NCBI GenBank assembly: GCA_050575255.1
Contig: JBNZDD010013686.1
Location: forward strand, 5,173,794 to 5,237,793
Reading direction: 5' to 3'
DNA length: 64,000 nt
From: Harriotta raleighana
Lineage: Eukaryota
The notes below the pieces were generated by a model. The model had not been told where the DNA came from. It did no database searches and saw only the letters and a list, made by a program, of their open reading frames with translations. Of the stretch, positions 37,657 to 49,860 are shown in pieces. How positions within the stretch are numbered: position 1 is the stretch's first letter; each line of letters starts with the position of its first letter. The position numbers and the translations under genes are program-made.

Positions 37657-39214
37657 CTACAAGCGGGGTGACAAAAAAAACGGAACATGTAATTTTCCAT
37701 AAACGCACATTCTTAAATCAAATGATTTTCCTGTCATCTGGACCCTTATGTTATGTTTTCCATTGAGGACCCACATGGAAAGTAACATCTCAGGTATGGC
37801 AGTAAGTCATACTGACCCAAAAACATGTACGCTTTTGCCCTCGGCTTTTGTTAATTCTAACTAGGATAGCAATTGAGGTGCTGCAATTAGCCTAAGTGGT
37901 CCTGGGCTCGGGCGGAAGAAAGAGCAGCCATTGATTGCCATCCAAGTGCATGCTTTCGGGCATTGCGGAGAGAGAGCAAGGTAAGATTTGATGGTCAAGT
38001 AGCCTGCCAACTCACATAGCCTAAGCACCCTCATGGAAAAAATGTTATTTAGGCAAGGTACCATGTCCAGCAAAGATGTCAGCAGAGGAGGAGGAGGAGG
38101 AGGGGGAGAAGGAGAGAGGTAAAGGGAAGTCAGATTGAAAGAAAAAATTCCAATTGTGTTACTGCAACTCAAGCATCACCCAAATACAACCAACTCAGTA
38201 TACACACCACTCACACAGCATTTGTCACCAACGGTAACACTTGTCGGATGTGAATATATTGTATATATTTATATATTATGTAAAAGTCTCGCTTGTGTGG
38301 ACAAATAAGGCATGGTGGGTCTCTGTTACATTGGACCTGGGCCAGTCAATCACACACGAAAGTTAAGTAACTGCACTGGAACGCGAAACGGGGGAAAAAA
38401 CACAAATGAGATCCNAGGGCCAGTCAATCACACATGAAAGTTAAGTAACTGCACTGGAACGCGAAACGGGGGAAAAAACACAAATGAGGTCCAAATTAGC
38501 TTAGATTGAGATCTCCGAGAACTTCATTTATTTGACGGANTGGGCCAGTCAATCACACACGAAAGTTAAGTAACTGCACTGGAACGCGAAACGGGGGAAA
38601 AAACACAAATGAGATCCAAATTAGCTTAGATTGAGATCTCCGAGAACTTCATTTATTTGACGGAGTTAAGTACATCACACAGTGAAGCTTAAGTAACTGA
38701 GTAAATAACATGGGGCTTTGGATGTACCACTAAGAGGAACAAGGCACCACAATGAAATTCCGAAGAGCTACTCTGTTTGGGGTTTCCAAAAATAACTTAC
38801 TATTTTTTGGTTGTTAAATTACACCAAAGTTAATCTGACATAAATTTATCATAGCTCTGGAGTGGGAGCGTGCTGTTTACAGGACACTGAGTGCATTGCC
38901 TGCTGTTCTCTTGCAGTCATGCTTCCTTGGTTGTAAACTCTTAAAAAATAAATCAGCCATGTTATACACTACAGACATTAGTGGGAACCATGAGGAAAGC
39001 TCAGCTCACTGTGTGTGCTGGCAAAATAATACGAAAACAGGAAATGGCACTTGAGAGAGCAGGAGGAATTGTTCCTAGATTCTGCGCTTTGTTTCAGTTC
39101 GAATGGAGCCTTCACGATATTGCCCAAGTCCAAATAGTCAAATCATTCCGCGCCCGAGACCAGATAGATTTGAAGATTGAGCTCTTCATTTTGTAATTGT
39201 TATGATGGTGAACA

Positions 39215-39352
39215 ATTGGTTGCCTAAAACACTTGGATTTTATGCATAGTCAATCCACTTCAACAATATATTCTGTGAAGTGCTTTGAGACAGCTCAATG
39301 ATGTGATAAGATGCTATATCAAATACAAGGATTATTAGTATTATTATTATAT
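39215..39352 (+). mobile_element. SINE family A 3' fragment
   Basis: agtcaatccactt...tgtgaagtgctttgagaca...gctatatcaaatacaaggattatt. Confidence 0.85.
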
Positions 39353-39487
39353 TCTAAACCTGCAACTTTAACAGCATGCGGGCAGGAAGAGATTTTACTT
39401 TTACTAATCTGTACATCGGGTGCCAATGCCATCACATCATGTGAAATGGCGCATGTATATGTGTGTGCATGTGCATTCACAATACTG

Positions 39488-39731
39488 TAATAATAATAAT
39501 CCATGCGTTTGATATAGCTCTTTTCTCGTCTTCTAGACATTTCAAAGCGCTTCACAGAATATACTGTAAAGTGATTTGACTGTATATTTATGGGCGAAAT
39601 GGGATTATTACCATGTTAGGCACGTGGAGGAAGAACACTTGCCCACTGTTTCGCGCTGACCTGCCTGGATTCGAACACGGGTCTCAAACTTGTAAGGCGA
39701 GTGCTCTAACCACTGAGTTACAGGACTCCAC
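39488..39731 (-). mobile_element. tRNA-derived SINE (family A), internal deletion
   Basis: Head (ctccaca, ttcgaac) and tail present, central part missing. Confidence 0.88.
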
Positions 39732-40844
39732 AATTGTACTGGATATCATGGCATGCAAGCTCTGGCTGGCCTGGGATACATTACAGACATGGGTGAGTCC
39801 CTGTTGCTTTTGGGTTCGGCCATTCAATCATATATAGCCACCAAAAAAATCACAAGACCATATATTGCACATCTGTTATTCACATGTGTTCATCCATTGC
39901 TCACAGATTAAAACATAGTTAAGCAACTACACTGGATAGTTAAGTAAAAATGTTGGGAGTTTATAGGATCAACCCTTATGCCAGGCATTGTGGAATAAGA
40001 TTCCACATTATGCCAGACACCTGAGGCAGGTCAGTCTGCATTATGTATTGGGTGTTATTTGCTCATTGTTTTGACTGAAATTTAACAACAGGGAAATTTT
40101 TTTTAAATATTCGGTCAGCAACAAATCAATTTTCGCCATTTGTTCAAAGGAATAAATCTATCCTGAGGCAAATGGATTTTACGCAGCGAGCAAAAAAATA
40201 AAATAAATCGAGGCAGATGGTTTGCTAAATTCTTCTACTCCAGGATCAATGAACAGAATAAAAAATCTATATTCATCTGTTAGCAATTACAGAGCAGAGA
40301 ACTAGGGCAGTATTTTGGTACTCCCCCTCCCCTTCCCTCAAAATAAACATTAAAAAAAATCCAGGACTACTTTCTACAAAGTGAAGAAATATTCTGTGGT
40401 TTCTGTGCATTTTGTAAAATGCAGCTTCAAAGTGTTCTGCCTGAGGCGTGTCCAGAGTTAATGTGTGTTTGGCTCCAGCTTGCATTTTAACCTTTCCCCA
40501 ACGCTGTGTAAATTGCTATCCACACACCAATCATTTACTCCTCGTAGCCAGGATAATTCTGCATGATCCCAAAATCGACCGTTTCTCCCCCAAAGTACTT
40601 TTTGTTTTCAAAAACATAGCGTGTTTGTTTTTCACCCTCCGTCTTAGAAGTTGCAAGCACTTCCTGATGACAAATTCAATTACTTTGGAAAGGTCCTTCC
40701 AAGATTTTGCTGTAATCCAGTAGCACAGTTGTAGAAAGATATCACCCCCAAGGAGGTGGAGACACTGCACTGGTCACATCAGTTGCAAGTCTAGTCCAGT
40801 ATCTATCAGTCTAAGACCAAAGAACTCCACAATGTACTGCCTTC

Positions 40845-41045
40845 CTACAACAACAGCTTCATTGACATAACGCCCTTCAGGTAGGGTAGGGTCTCAAAGT
40901 GCTTAATAATAATAGTAGCCCAATTTAAAGCGAGACCGTGGAGGGAGGGAGATCGATCCTCAGATGCAAGCTGAAGATGGGCAAGGAGGAGACATGGACA
41001 AGGAGGGGATTCTGAGGCAGAGTTCCAGAGCGTAGTCTGGAAGGA
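40845..41045 (-). mobile_element. L2-clade LINE 3' fragment
   Basis: gcagagttccagagcg (LWNSLP-like region) and an aacaacaac tail; similar remnant at 26360-26560. Confidence 0.7.
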
Positions 41046-43575
41046 AAGTACCAATATTTACAGTTTGTTGACTGGATTAAAAGAAGAATAAAATACCAAA
41101 CAGACTCTAACTCGTTTTTCGTGTTCGATTGAGAACTATTTTTTGATGTGCTAAGGAAAACTAGCACTCCGAAAGATATTTAAACTGACACTGCAATAAA
41201 ATACGGTGTTTTTAAAAAATCAAAATGCTGCCCACAGGTTATCCTACACGCACGCAGGTACAATTAATAATCTATAAAAATTTATCGCCAAAAGATCGGG
41301 CAGTTCATTTCGGAACTTCCATTTCGCCTTTGTGGAGCTAAATACCATAATTACACTAAAGGTATTTTCAACTCATTCAACCTCTACAGGCCCGGGTCCT
41401 GGCACCTTGTCAAATGGTGTCATTACAGCAGGTGTGACAAGTGGAAATGGCTCCAGTGAAATGGTAAGAGAATACGTGGTGCAGTGAACGGGTTAAACGG
41501 CCTCGCCACCAATAACAGCGGCCCCACACGGCTTGAATTATTAATCAGATAGATTTCTATATAGATTCGGTATCTGAACCATCATTAATCACCGTTTATT
41601 TGTTACTGTTGTGTTGCAAGGTGGTGTGGCCATATCTCCTTCAGCAAACAAGACAGCAGCTTAAAACCTACAGAACACCTTGTGTGCTGTGTATTTTTAT
41701 TTCATACATTTACATACACAATTACACACACACACGCGCATACACGCTGGTTCTTTATGGCTCCTAAAGATGTGGGTAAAATCTACGCACAAATATTTCT
41801 CGTATGAAAGGAAATGGAGTTAAGACTATCAAGCATCCTCCAGAGAGGTTACAGCCTTTTCCTTTGAAGCTGTCATGTTGCATGTAATGACCTCTGCTCA
41901 TTGAAGTAAAAGTTATTTTTTAAAATATATTTTTGTTTTTAAAAATGTATTTGGAACAGTTTCAGTTCTTGTCCCTAGGGCACATTATTTTTTTTCTCTC
42001 GTGGATTTAGTATCTTAGACAAGTAAACTGAAATAATGAACCTTTGATGTCTGATCCCGGAGTTTGATTTACATCCAGCTCCACAGTAACTTAATCGGAC
42101 ATATTGCAGAAGGAATCGCTTTTATTTTAGTGTTAAATTTCTCAGGGGAAAAATATTGAAAAAGACAACACTGGTGGTGGGGGCAGGGGTGGTGGGGGGG
42201 GGGGGGAGGAGATGGGGGAAGAGAAGAGAATCACAATTTGCATTCCCTCTGCTGCCTTGAAGTTACCAGAAAGTACCACTGGTGGGAGCGTTTGCCCTCT
42301 TTTAAAAGAAAAAAACAAAATGTTCTTTAAAACAGTGCTGGACTTGGGACCAGTGTTTGGTTTGTGCAATGCATATTCTAGTGGCTCGCCAAAGAGTCTT
42401 GAGAGATGGAATAGTTGTTGAATGAAATAATGTTCTTTTGTTGGAAACACCCCAATTAACTTGCTCGCTACTGCAAGGCCAAGACAAGAACTCGACTTAA
42501 AAGATCTGCCAATAAACCTGCTGGTCTTTCAACACAAAAAACAAATTGCACAAAACTAGAGTCTTGACCGTACAAAATAGAAGGATCATTTAAATATTGG
42601 CTGGAGTATTTCGAGATACTGTATTGACAGCATTCAAAAAAGCACAATTTTGACTCTCTATTTATTTGAATGCTGTTGTAAAATATGGTGGTGGTGGAGG
42701 GGTGGCGGGTGGGGGTAAAGTGTGGAGTGAATTGAAATGATTAGCACATCAAATTTGTTATAAAACACCATAAATTTCACTCCTATACATAATGGAGACT
42801 GATCACAGTACGGTTTGCATTGTAAATATAATCCTCACCGGTCTGCATTATACAGTACTTCGATAATCATTTGCTGATTCATTCACTGAATTTAGCTATT
42901 GTCTGCAGCAGCAATAATGAAGTATATATATATATATATACAGTATATATATATTATAGAGAGAGAAAGAGAGACTAAATGGAAGTGTGAGATAGGGGGA
43001 GGATATTGTTTTTTTGCCACTGTCTGATTCTTTCCTGTACCTAAACCAGTCCTGGCAATGCATTGTATTATTTACCACTGATGCACGTTTTCAAGTCCAA
43101 TAAGCTTTATTGTTCACTGACAGTGATGTAATGCAGATTGCTGTAGCACATGCTTTGTATTGATCGATAATGGCAGAAGGCAGGAGGCAGCCACTGGACA
43201 CTGCTGGGCAACTGGTAGAAAGCTCTTAGACAAAGAGCAGATTAGAACAAAGAGTGGAAATGGAAAGTAAGCGATTCAAAACAAAGAAATGTAAAAGAGA
43301 ATCAAATAATAAGTATTAAATGAGCAGGAACACAACATAGGAGGGAGAAAAAATACTGCAAGAGGAATGCTCCCTCTTAACCTTGTACTTACACACACAC
43401 ACAGGAAGAAAGCCAACATACTCCTTTTTTCCCTAAAGTCTGAAACAGCTTTGGATTTGTCATAAATGGAAGGATTAAAATACATCTGTAGAAAAGCAGA
43501 CTCTGAAGAATGCAAACATTTTCAACTATGTCTATCCAGTAAATATCACACTTCTGATCAGAGGCATGTACATCT

Positions 43576-43900
43576 TGTGGAGTCCTGTAGCTGAGTGGTT
43601 AGATCTACTTTCAAGCGAGAGACCTGGGTTCGATTCCAGGCAGGACGAAACCTTGGGCAAGTGTCCTTACTCTACACATATGCCTGATAATATTCCCTCA
43701 AGAAAAAAAGCAATGATAAATTGGTCATTTCAATCCTCGACTATTTGTGGGGACGCTGCTGTGCACAATTGGCTGCCGAATTTCACACAAATATACAGTG
43801 AAATTCACTTTACATATATCAGTATATTCCATGAAACGCTTTAAGTCGTCTAGAAAACGTGATAAGGTACTTTATCAAATGCAAGGATTCTTATTGTTAT
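43576..43900 (+). mobile_element. tRNA-derived SINE (family A), full length
   Basis: tgtggagtcctgtagctgagtgg...ggttcgattcc...cttgggcaag...aaatgcaaggatt. Confidence 0.92.
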
Positions 43901-46900
43901 CATCCGAGGTTGGCTTCTGAAGCAGAGGTTTACAGAAAAACTGTCTTCAGAATTTTTTTTAAAAAATAAAGTGAGATTACATTGTGAAAGGATATTGGCC
44001 AGGTTCAGGGGAGGTACTCCACATTCTAAGACACTCCCAGATATGCTCATCATATCCCTTTTAATGGCTCCATATTAATGCTTTAAAAAGAGTCAATATT
44101 GAGGCGTGAAAAAGCACCAATGTAAAGGCAGAGGCAGTCGGGGGGGGGTAACTAAACAAGTAAAATAGGTCGGCCCAAAATCAATTTGCATGCCCAGTGT
44201 ATAACGCTGACCTTAGAAGGGACCAGCTCCTGTGTGCATTCCATTCTGAAGTAGATTTACCAACATAACACCCTTCACATTGGTACAGACATTCTGTCCA
44301 TTGGTATCAACATGGTGTAAACAGCAAGTGTCTGTGAACGGCAGTGAAATGAGGTGTGGAAAAGGCAAGTCCTGAAACAATGTAAACGTTAAACATTACA
44401 GACTGATGCTCGCAGTTACATCCACTGGAGTCAATGTGGGGCCAGAGCAAATGGGATAGTAACTGTTACTGTGACCCGACTTAACCCTTTCCTTCTCGAG
44501 CCAAAAGCAATGCTGGTTTCAGATTCTGCTAAGGAGCTCGATGTAATTGAGGGGGAACTCATTTTTGACAAGGGTGGCTTTTTCAATGCCCATCATTGTT
44601 GTTCATTTATATGATTACGCTGGGGTAAAGAATATATATATTTTTTAAATCATTCCTTTGCTTAGAATTTGAATGGGCGATCATGGACATTTTTGACATA
44701 TTAATAAGGTAGGTGGTTCCCAATGAGGGTGGGAAAGCACTGATGATTGGGAGGAGGCAGCGGAGACTTGAGTAAGATTCTACGAAAACAAATGTGATAA
44801 GAACTTGTTCTGTCAATAACCACAAAGAAAATCTACCGAGGTTAATTTACAGAGGTTACGCTCCTTTGCAAGAGTCGCTCACGGGTTTAATATGAAAATT
44901 ATTGTACTGTATAGAGAGAGGGATAAGATATAGAAAATTAATCGGTTATCACATCAACATGGAGTTCTGGCTTAATAATACTGCACATCTCCAAAAGCAA
45001 TTCCATAGCGGACTTGCTGTTTGTTTTCATATGCACCTCTTTTGAAGTGCCTGCACACAAAGAATTATCAAGTCTCAAATTACTGTACATGTCACAAGAG
45101 CCATCCTTCACAAAAACGTTTCTTGATAGCAGTAACTGATCCGCCGGCATACTGTACGAACAAGCCCTTTTAAGTGCATTCTGCTCCTCTGTCCCTGTGG
45201 CGCTGATAAGTACACACTCAACAACAAAGCAAAGCCGCTCTTTGAAGGAAATCAATGACTCCTAAGCCACACCTGGCTGACAAGTTTATCGATAGGTTAT
45301 AACAAAGCAGAGAGGAATATACTCCTCACAGTCAGCTCGCTGCAATAGCCTGGAGAATGTGGTGGGGAGATGAGGAGATCTTTGTACCAGAAAATATATT
45401 TGCTGACTGGCAGAGGATTGACAGCTTCAACCATTAAGTAAATTACAATCTTTGATATGATTGCAGTGTATGCTTGTTCCAGATATGTCCTCTCTTTTGA
45501 CAACATAGAGGTTTTATACAACTTGTAACTAAATTATGACAATGATTGGTGGGTGGGGGGAGGGAACAAGGGTGGAAAGCCCTAGATTTTTAAATCACTA
45601 ATCCAAGCAGCGCTTAAAATAGAATAAAGTTACAGAATAAAGTGTCCGCGCCTTCACCTTTAATCTTCATACAGCCAACCCAGCACACCACCACTTTCTA
45701 ATTTCATTCCATGTTTGAATGACAGTCGATTCTTGCACAGGCATTTGTTCTTTTAATGGTTTTGTTTGGGGGCTCGGTTGAGTGGCAAACAATTCCTTTA
45801 AGGACATTTTGAACTGGGGATCAGTCCAATCACTTTTGTATCGAATGCTCTGCAATGAAAGTAGGAACTTGGATATTGAAATAAAAAGTAATGGTTCGTG
45901 AACCTGCCTTTATATGCTTAAAAAAAAGTGTTGCATCTCCCCCACCATCCACCCTACCAGAAAGCACCCCACCACTGGAAGAAGTACAGAAACTCATGAT
46001 TTAAGCATCTGTGTGCCGCGCAACACAAATGAAAATAAAGCAGGAATTTATTTGGTCAAATGTATTGAGCAGTACACAAACCCCCTTTAAAAGCTGAAAG
46101 TGAAAAAACGTCCGAAAAGGACTGGTTTGGCTTCATTTAATATACGGTCGTTCATAGACGGTCAATCAATCACGACTGTTTTAGGTGCATTTTAAAGAGC
46201 AGTGCAGAAACAGTCCCCGAGTTTCCAGTTAGCACTCGTGGGTCACTCGGAGTCCATCTATGCACAGTAGTACTGGTTGGGTTCAACAAATGTTTGGTGC
46301 CAAAAGAGCAACCTCAAACACCCGAGCGGGGTTGGGGGGGGGGAGGGGGAGGGGGAGGGAGCAAGACACAAAGGACACCAGCCACTGTAATTAACCTTTC
46401 AGTTTTCCCTCCTGACATATCTTATTTAACTAAACCTGCTCACCGGGTCTTCAATTTTCTATATTCCTTTGACTTTATTGCTGTTCAGTGTTGTGATCAG
46501 AGGCCATCTGCAGCTTCATTTCATCAAGCTCCAGTTTGTCCTTGGAGCAAGGTCATTGCAGAGAAGAAAACAAAATGCTGCTTTGTCCATGACTGGCAAA
46601 TCCCAACATGCCTCAGTTACAAACATATTTTTTCTCTTCTCGCGCGCCGCCCCCACCATCCACTGCAACCTATTCACCTATTTAGTTTGTATCCTGCTTT
46701 GCCTATCAATTGATTTTTTCATTTCACAAGGTTGGGTAAAAAAAATACATTACAACAATGCAATTGTATTTAACGCTGGACAAGCGAAAAATGTGAAAGC
46801 ATTTTTTTTTGTATATTAAAAAAAACCTCAGGAATCTTCTCTAGCTTCATGTGACTCGCAGAATATTAGCCATGGGTCAAAAAACAGGACCCACAATGGT

Positions 46901-47514
46901 TATTAGCATACACTTTCGAGCACCTCAATATTCCATCATGCAGAAACTGCAAACTATGCACAATTTTCTTTCTTTTTTAAAAAATACAGCTGCAGAATGG
47001 ATCATCCACATACAGCAAGTAATGTTTTACTACGCAGTCTATTTATAAGAATTCTAGGAACTGAAGAGAGAGAAAGAGAGAGAGAGAGAGAAAAAAGATT
47101 TATCAATCAAATTGTTCTACAAAATTCAGATAGTGTTTTATCCCAGCGGAAGATATTTAATAAGAACTTAAATTTAACAATATCAGGGTTAATGATGAAC
47201 ACGTTTTGTTTCTCAGTAAGGGAAAAAGAATCAGACTGAATGTTAATCGATTTCAGACAATCAGAGATACATAAAAGAGCATTTGTGAGCAACTACTATT
47301 GAGTTAAAAACCCAGGAAACTTTGCAATGGGTCAGAAGACACAAAAAGGTCAGTGGTGTCTGCATCTTTGATTTAATAGGTCTGAAGAACAAAAAACAGT
47401 TAAAAGGACAGAACACGGATATTTTATTTAAGAACAGTGCAAGAATTGCAAAACAATTTTTGACTGGAAATGGGCCAGTTTTTGTTTTGTTTTTAAATTT
47501 AAAACGGAATAGAT

Positions 47515-47815
47515 TGTGGAGTCCTGTAGGTCAGTTGTTAAAGCACTCGCCTCGCAAGTGAGAGACCTGAGTTCGATTCGAGGTAGGGCAAAGTTTCTTT
47601 ACTCCACACTCCTGATAATAATCCCTCATGATAAAAAACAATAATAAATTGGTCACTTCAATCCACGACTGTTTGTGGGACACAGCAGTACGCAATTGGC
47701 TACTGCGATTCGCCCACAAATGTAGTCAATTCACTTTACAATATATTCTGTGAAGCACTCGGAGATGTCTAGAAGACATGAAAAGCGCTATATCAAACGC
47801 AAGGATTATTATTTA
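47515..47815 (+). mobile_element. tRNA-derived SINE (family A), full length
   Basis: A/B boxes, body and stem-loop tail with (ATT)n. Confidence 0.92.
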
Positions 47816-48469
47816 TTTATTATATATAAGAGTTTGGAATGCTATTATTCATCAATCACATTCCTTTCCAGGATCTGAACACAGTACTTAAATAATTGGA
47901 GTTTGTTAATTGTCCCTGTTTACTGTGCTATAAAATATTTGTTAAATTTGAGATTTTGCATTTAAAAGCCAATTACCAGTTACTGCCTCAGCATTCAGCT
48001 ACACAAAGTAACTGATGACACCTTGTCTAACCTTCAGATCAAAACATTTGCAGTCTCCACTAAAGCCACAGCATCCACACAATATTATATTATTGGTTCA
48101 AGGGCTTTTCATATAAGCAGAGCTTTTTATTTGAAAATAAAAACAAACATTAAAAATATTTCAAACTACCAAAAAAAAAAATTTTTTTTAACAGCACAAA
48201 GCTGTAACTACACGTTCCGTCATTTAGCAGTGGCACTGACCTCTGCTTTTCTGCCTCGAGTCACTGCCAATAACAGAGGCAGCAACTGGGGTGAGGAATG
48301 AACGTCAGCACTTTTAGGAGACAAAAAATGCATGAGTACAGAGTTCAATCTCTGGGACATTTTTTACATGAAAAAAAAGCTCTGAAAGCAATGCAATTGT
48401 CACAATATGTGATATGAAATATAGGAAAAAGTTTTTTTCCCCTCTCCCTCCCCATGAAATGCACTAACT

Positions 48470-48545
48470 CGTGTGTGTGTATGTAAGTGTGTGAGTGAGT
48501 ATATATATATATATTATATATATATATATATAAAAACACACACAC
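48470..48545. repeat. Compound (TG)n/(TA)n/(CA)n microsatellite
   Basis: Seen directly; other microsatellites at 35359-35400 (CT/TA), 35781-35810 (GA), 36912-36930 (TG), 47065-47090 (GA). Confidence 0.85.
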
Positions 48546-49469
48546 ATAATCTCTGTGTGTATGTGGTGTGGAGGCGGGGGAGAAGAAGAACAACACAGAT
48601 GAATGTTACCCTTGAATGTGATTTGAAGTTGCTTTCTCTCTCTCTCTCCGTCTCTATGCAAAATTCCAACACTTATCAGTTGTGCCACTAAATAGCGGTT
48701 TGCAACACAGAAGTTAATTCCTTCTAATGAGAGAACAGGGAACATGTGTGTGTGTGTGGGGGAATGGTGCGGGGGGGAAGATCTAATTTTTGTATGGCAA
48801 GGCAAAATAATACTGAATGCACTACCACAAGCAAAACCAAAGACATCGGGTGGGAAAAGTGGTTTCAATTAGTTTTTCACGATTAGGAGTAGATAAATTA
48901 AACCAACGCAGCACTGCAAATTTAAATAGGTTATTGTCAAGATGGATTTTCAAGTATTGCATGCCGAGGATTTGTTCCTGCGTGCAAGAGAAAATGAAAT
49001 TAAATTTCAGCCTTCAGAAATGTTGGCGGAAAGATTGCAGCGGACTTCAGTCAAACACTCTATTCAATCCCGGTGAAGAAATAATAGACTTTCCACACAG
49101 CATTTTCTAGCCTGCAAACCGGCACTCGTTCTGTGTTACATACAGCCTCCTGAAGATTCCCTTTAATTGGGAGAGCGAGGGATGGAAGAAAGAGCAAAGC
49201 ACTTAATGGTCTCTACATTGTGATTTGCAGAACAATCCATGCCAAGCCTCTATGAAATCCCACTCAATTAGTGGTTTGGGGAGAGCAAGACAGAAGGCGG
49301 TTTGGGTTAACTTAAGAGTAGTGCATCAAAACGTTCCTGTTTAAAGAGATCAGGACTCTCCTTGGGAAATTGTATGTGCAAAACCTATGAACTCAGACTC
49401 ATCTGTTTAACAAGGTCTGGCATTGCCCACTTCTAAAGAAGGGTCGGGCCACTCTTATGGTCTTTGTTG

Positions 49470-49860
49470 TTCCATCTCCCCACATTCACATCAACCAATT
49501 TTCTCACCAATCGCTGTAAGTGTGCTTTGGTTAATCCTCTGACTTTTTCCGTGAACTGAAGGCTCCCCGAGGGTTCTGTTCTCACTCGCACTTTGTTCCT
49601 TCTCCGTATCAGCTTTGATTCCACTCCTCGCTCATTACTTTCTTTCAGATCACACCCCCTGATTGCATGCAGCCCTCACCCCTCCCACACTGTAAGGGCT
49701 GATCTCCTAAACTCTGATAGGGGCAATAAGTCTAGTTCTTACAATGTCTCGAAGACCATTTATTCTCATCTCTCACAAGTCTAACCGATAGCTACCACTC
49801 CTGAATTTAGATGGCTCCGCTCTTAATCCTTCTGTATCGATTGACATTCTCAACTTCATG
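49470..49860 (+). mobile_element. Ancient LINE reverse-transcriptase fragment (L2/CR1 group)
   Basis: NFLTNR...PEGSVLTRTLFLLRI resembles the RT motif NFL..R...GVPQGSVLGPLLFLLYI; frameshifted and deleted. Confidence 0.6.

Noticed and set aside
38339-38663. Three near-identical copies of a 75-120-nt unit (gggccagtcaatcacac...), superficially an array
   Set aside because: Each copy boundary is a single N (38414, 38540), typical of unmerged contig overlaps; no repeat-spacer structure, not CRISPR.
43576-43650. tRNA-like sequences with A and B boxes (also 47515, 59189, 6400-6477)
   Set aside because: These are SINE heads followed by SINE body; no complete cloverleaf.
44938-45255. 105-aa minus-strand ORF as a possible extra MAMLD1 exon
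   Set aside because: No recognisable homology or MAML-like composition, and no convincing in-frame splice sites.
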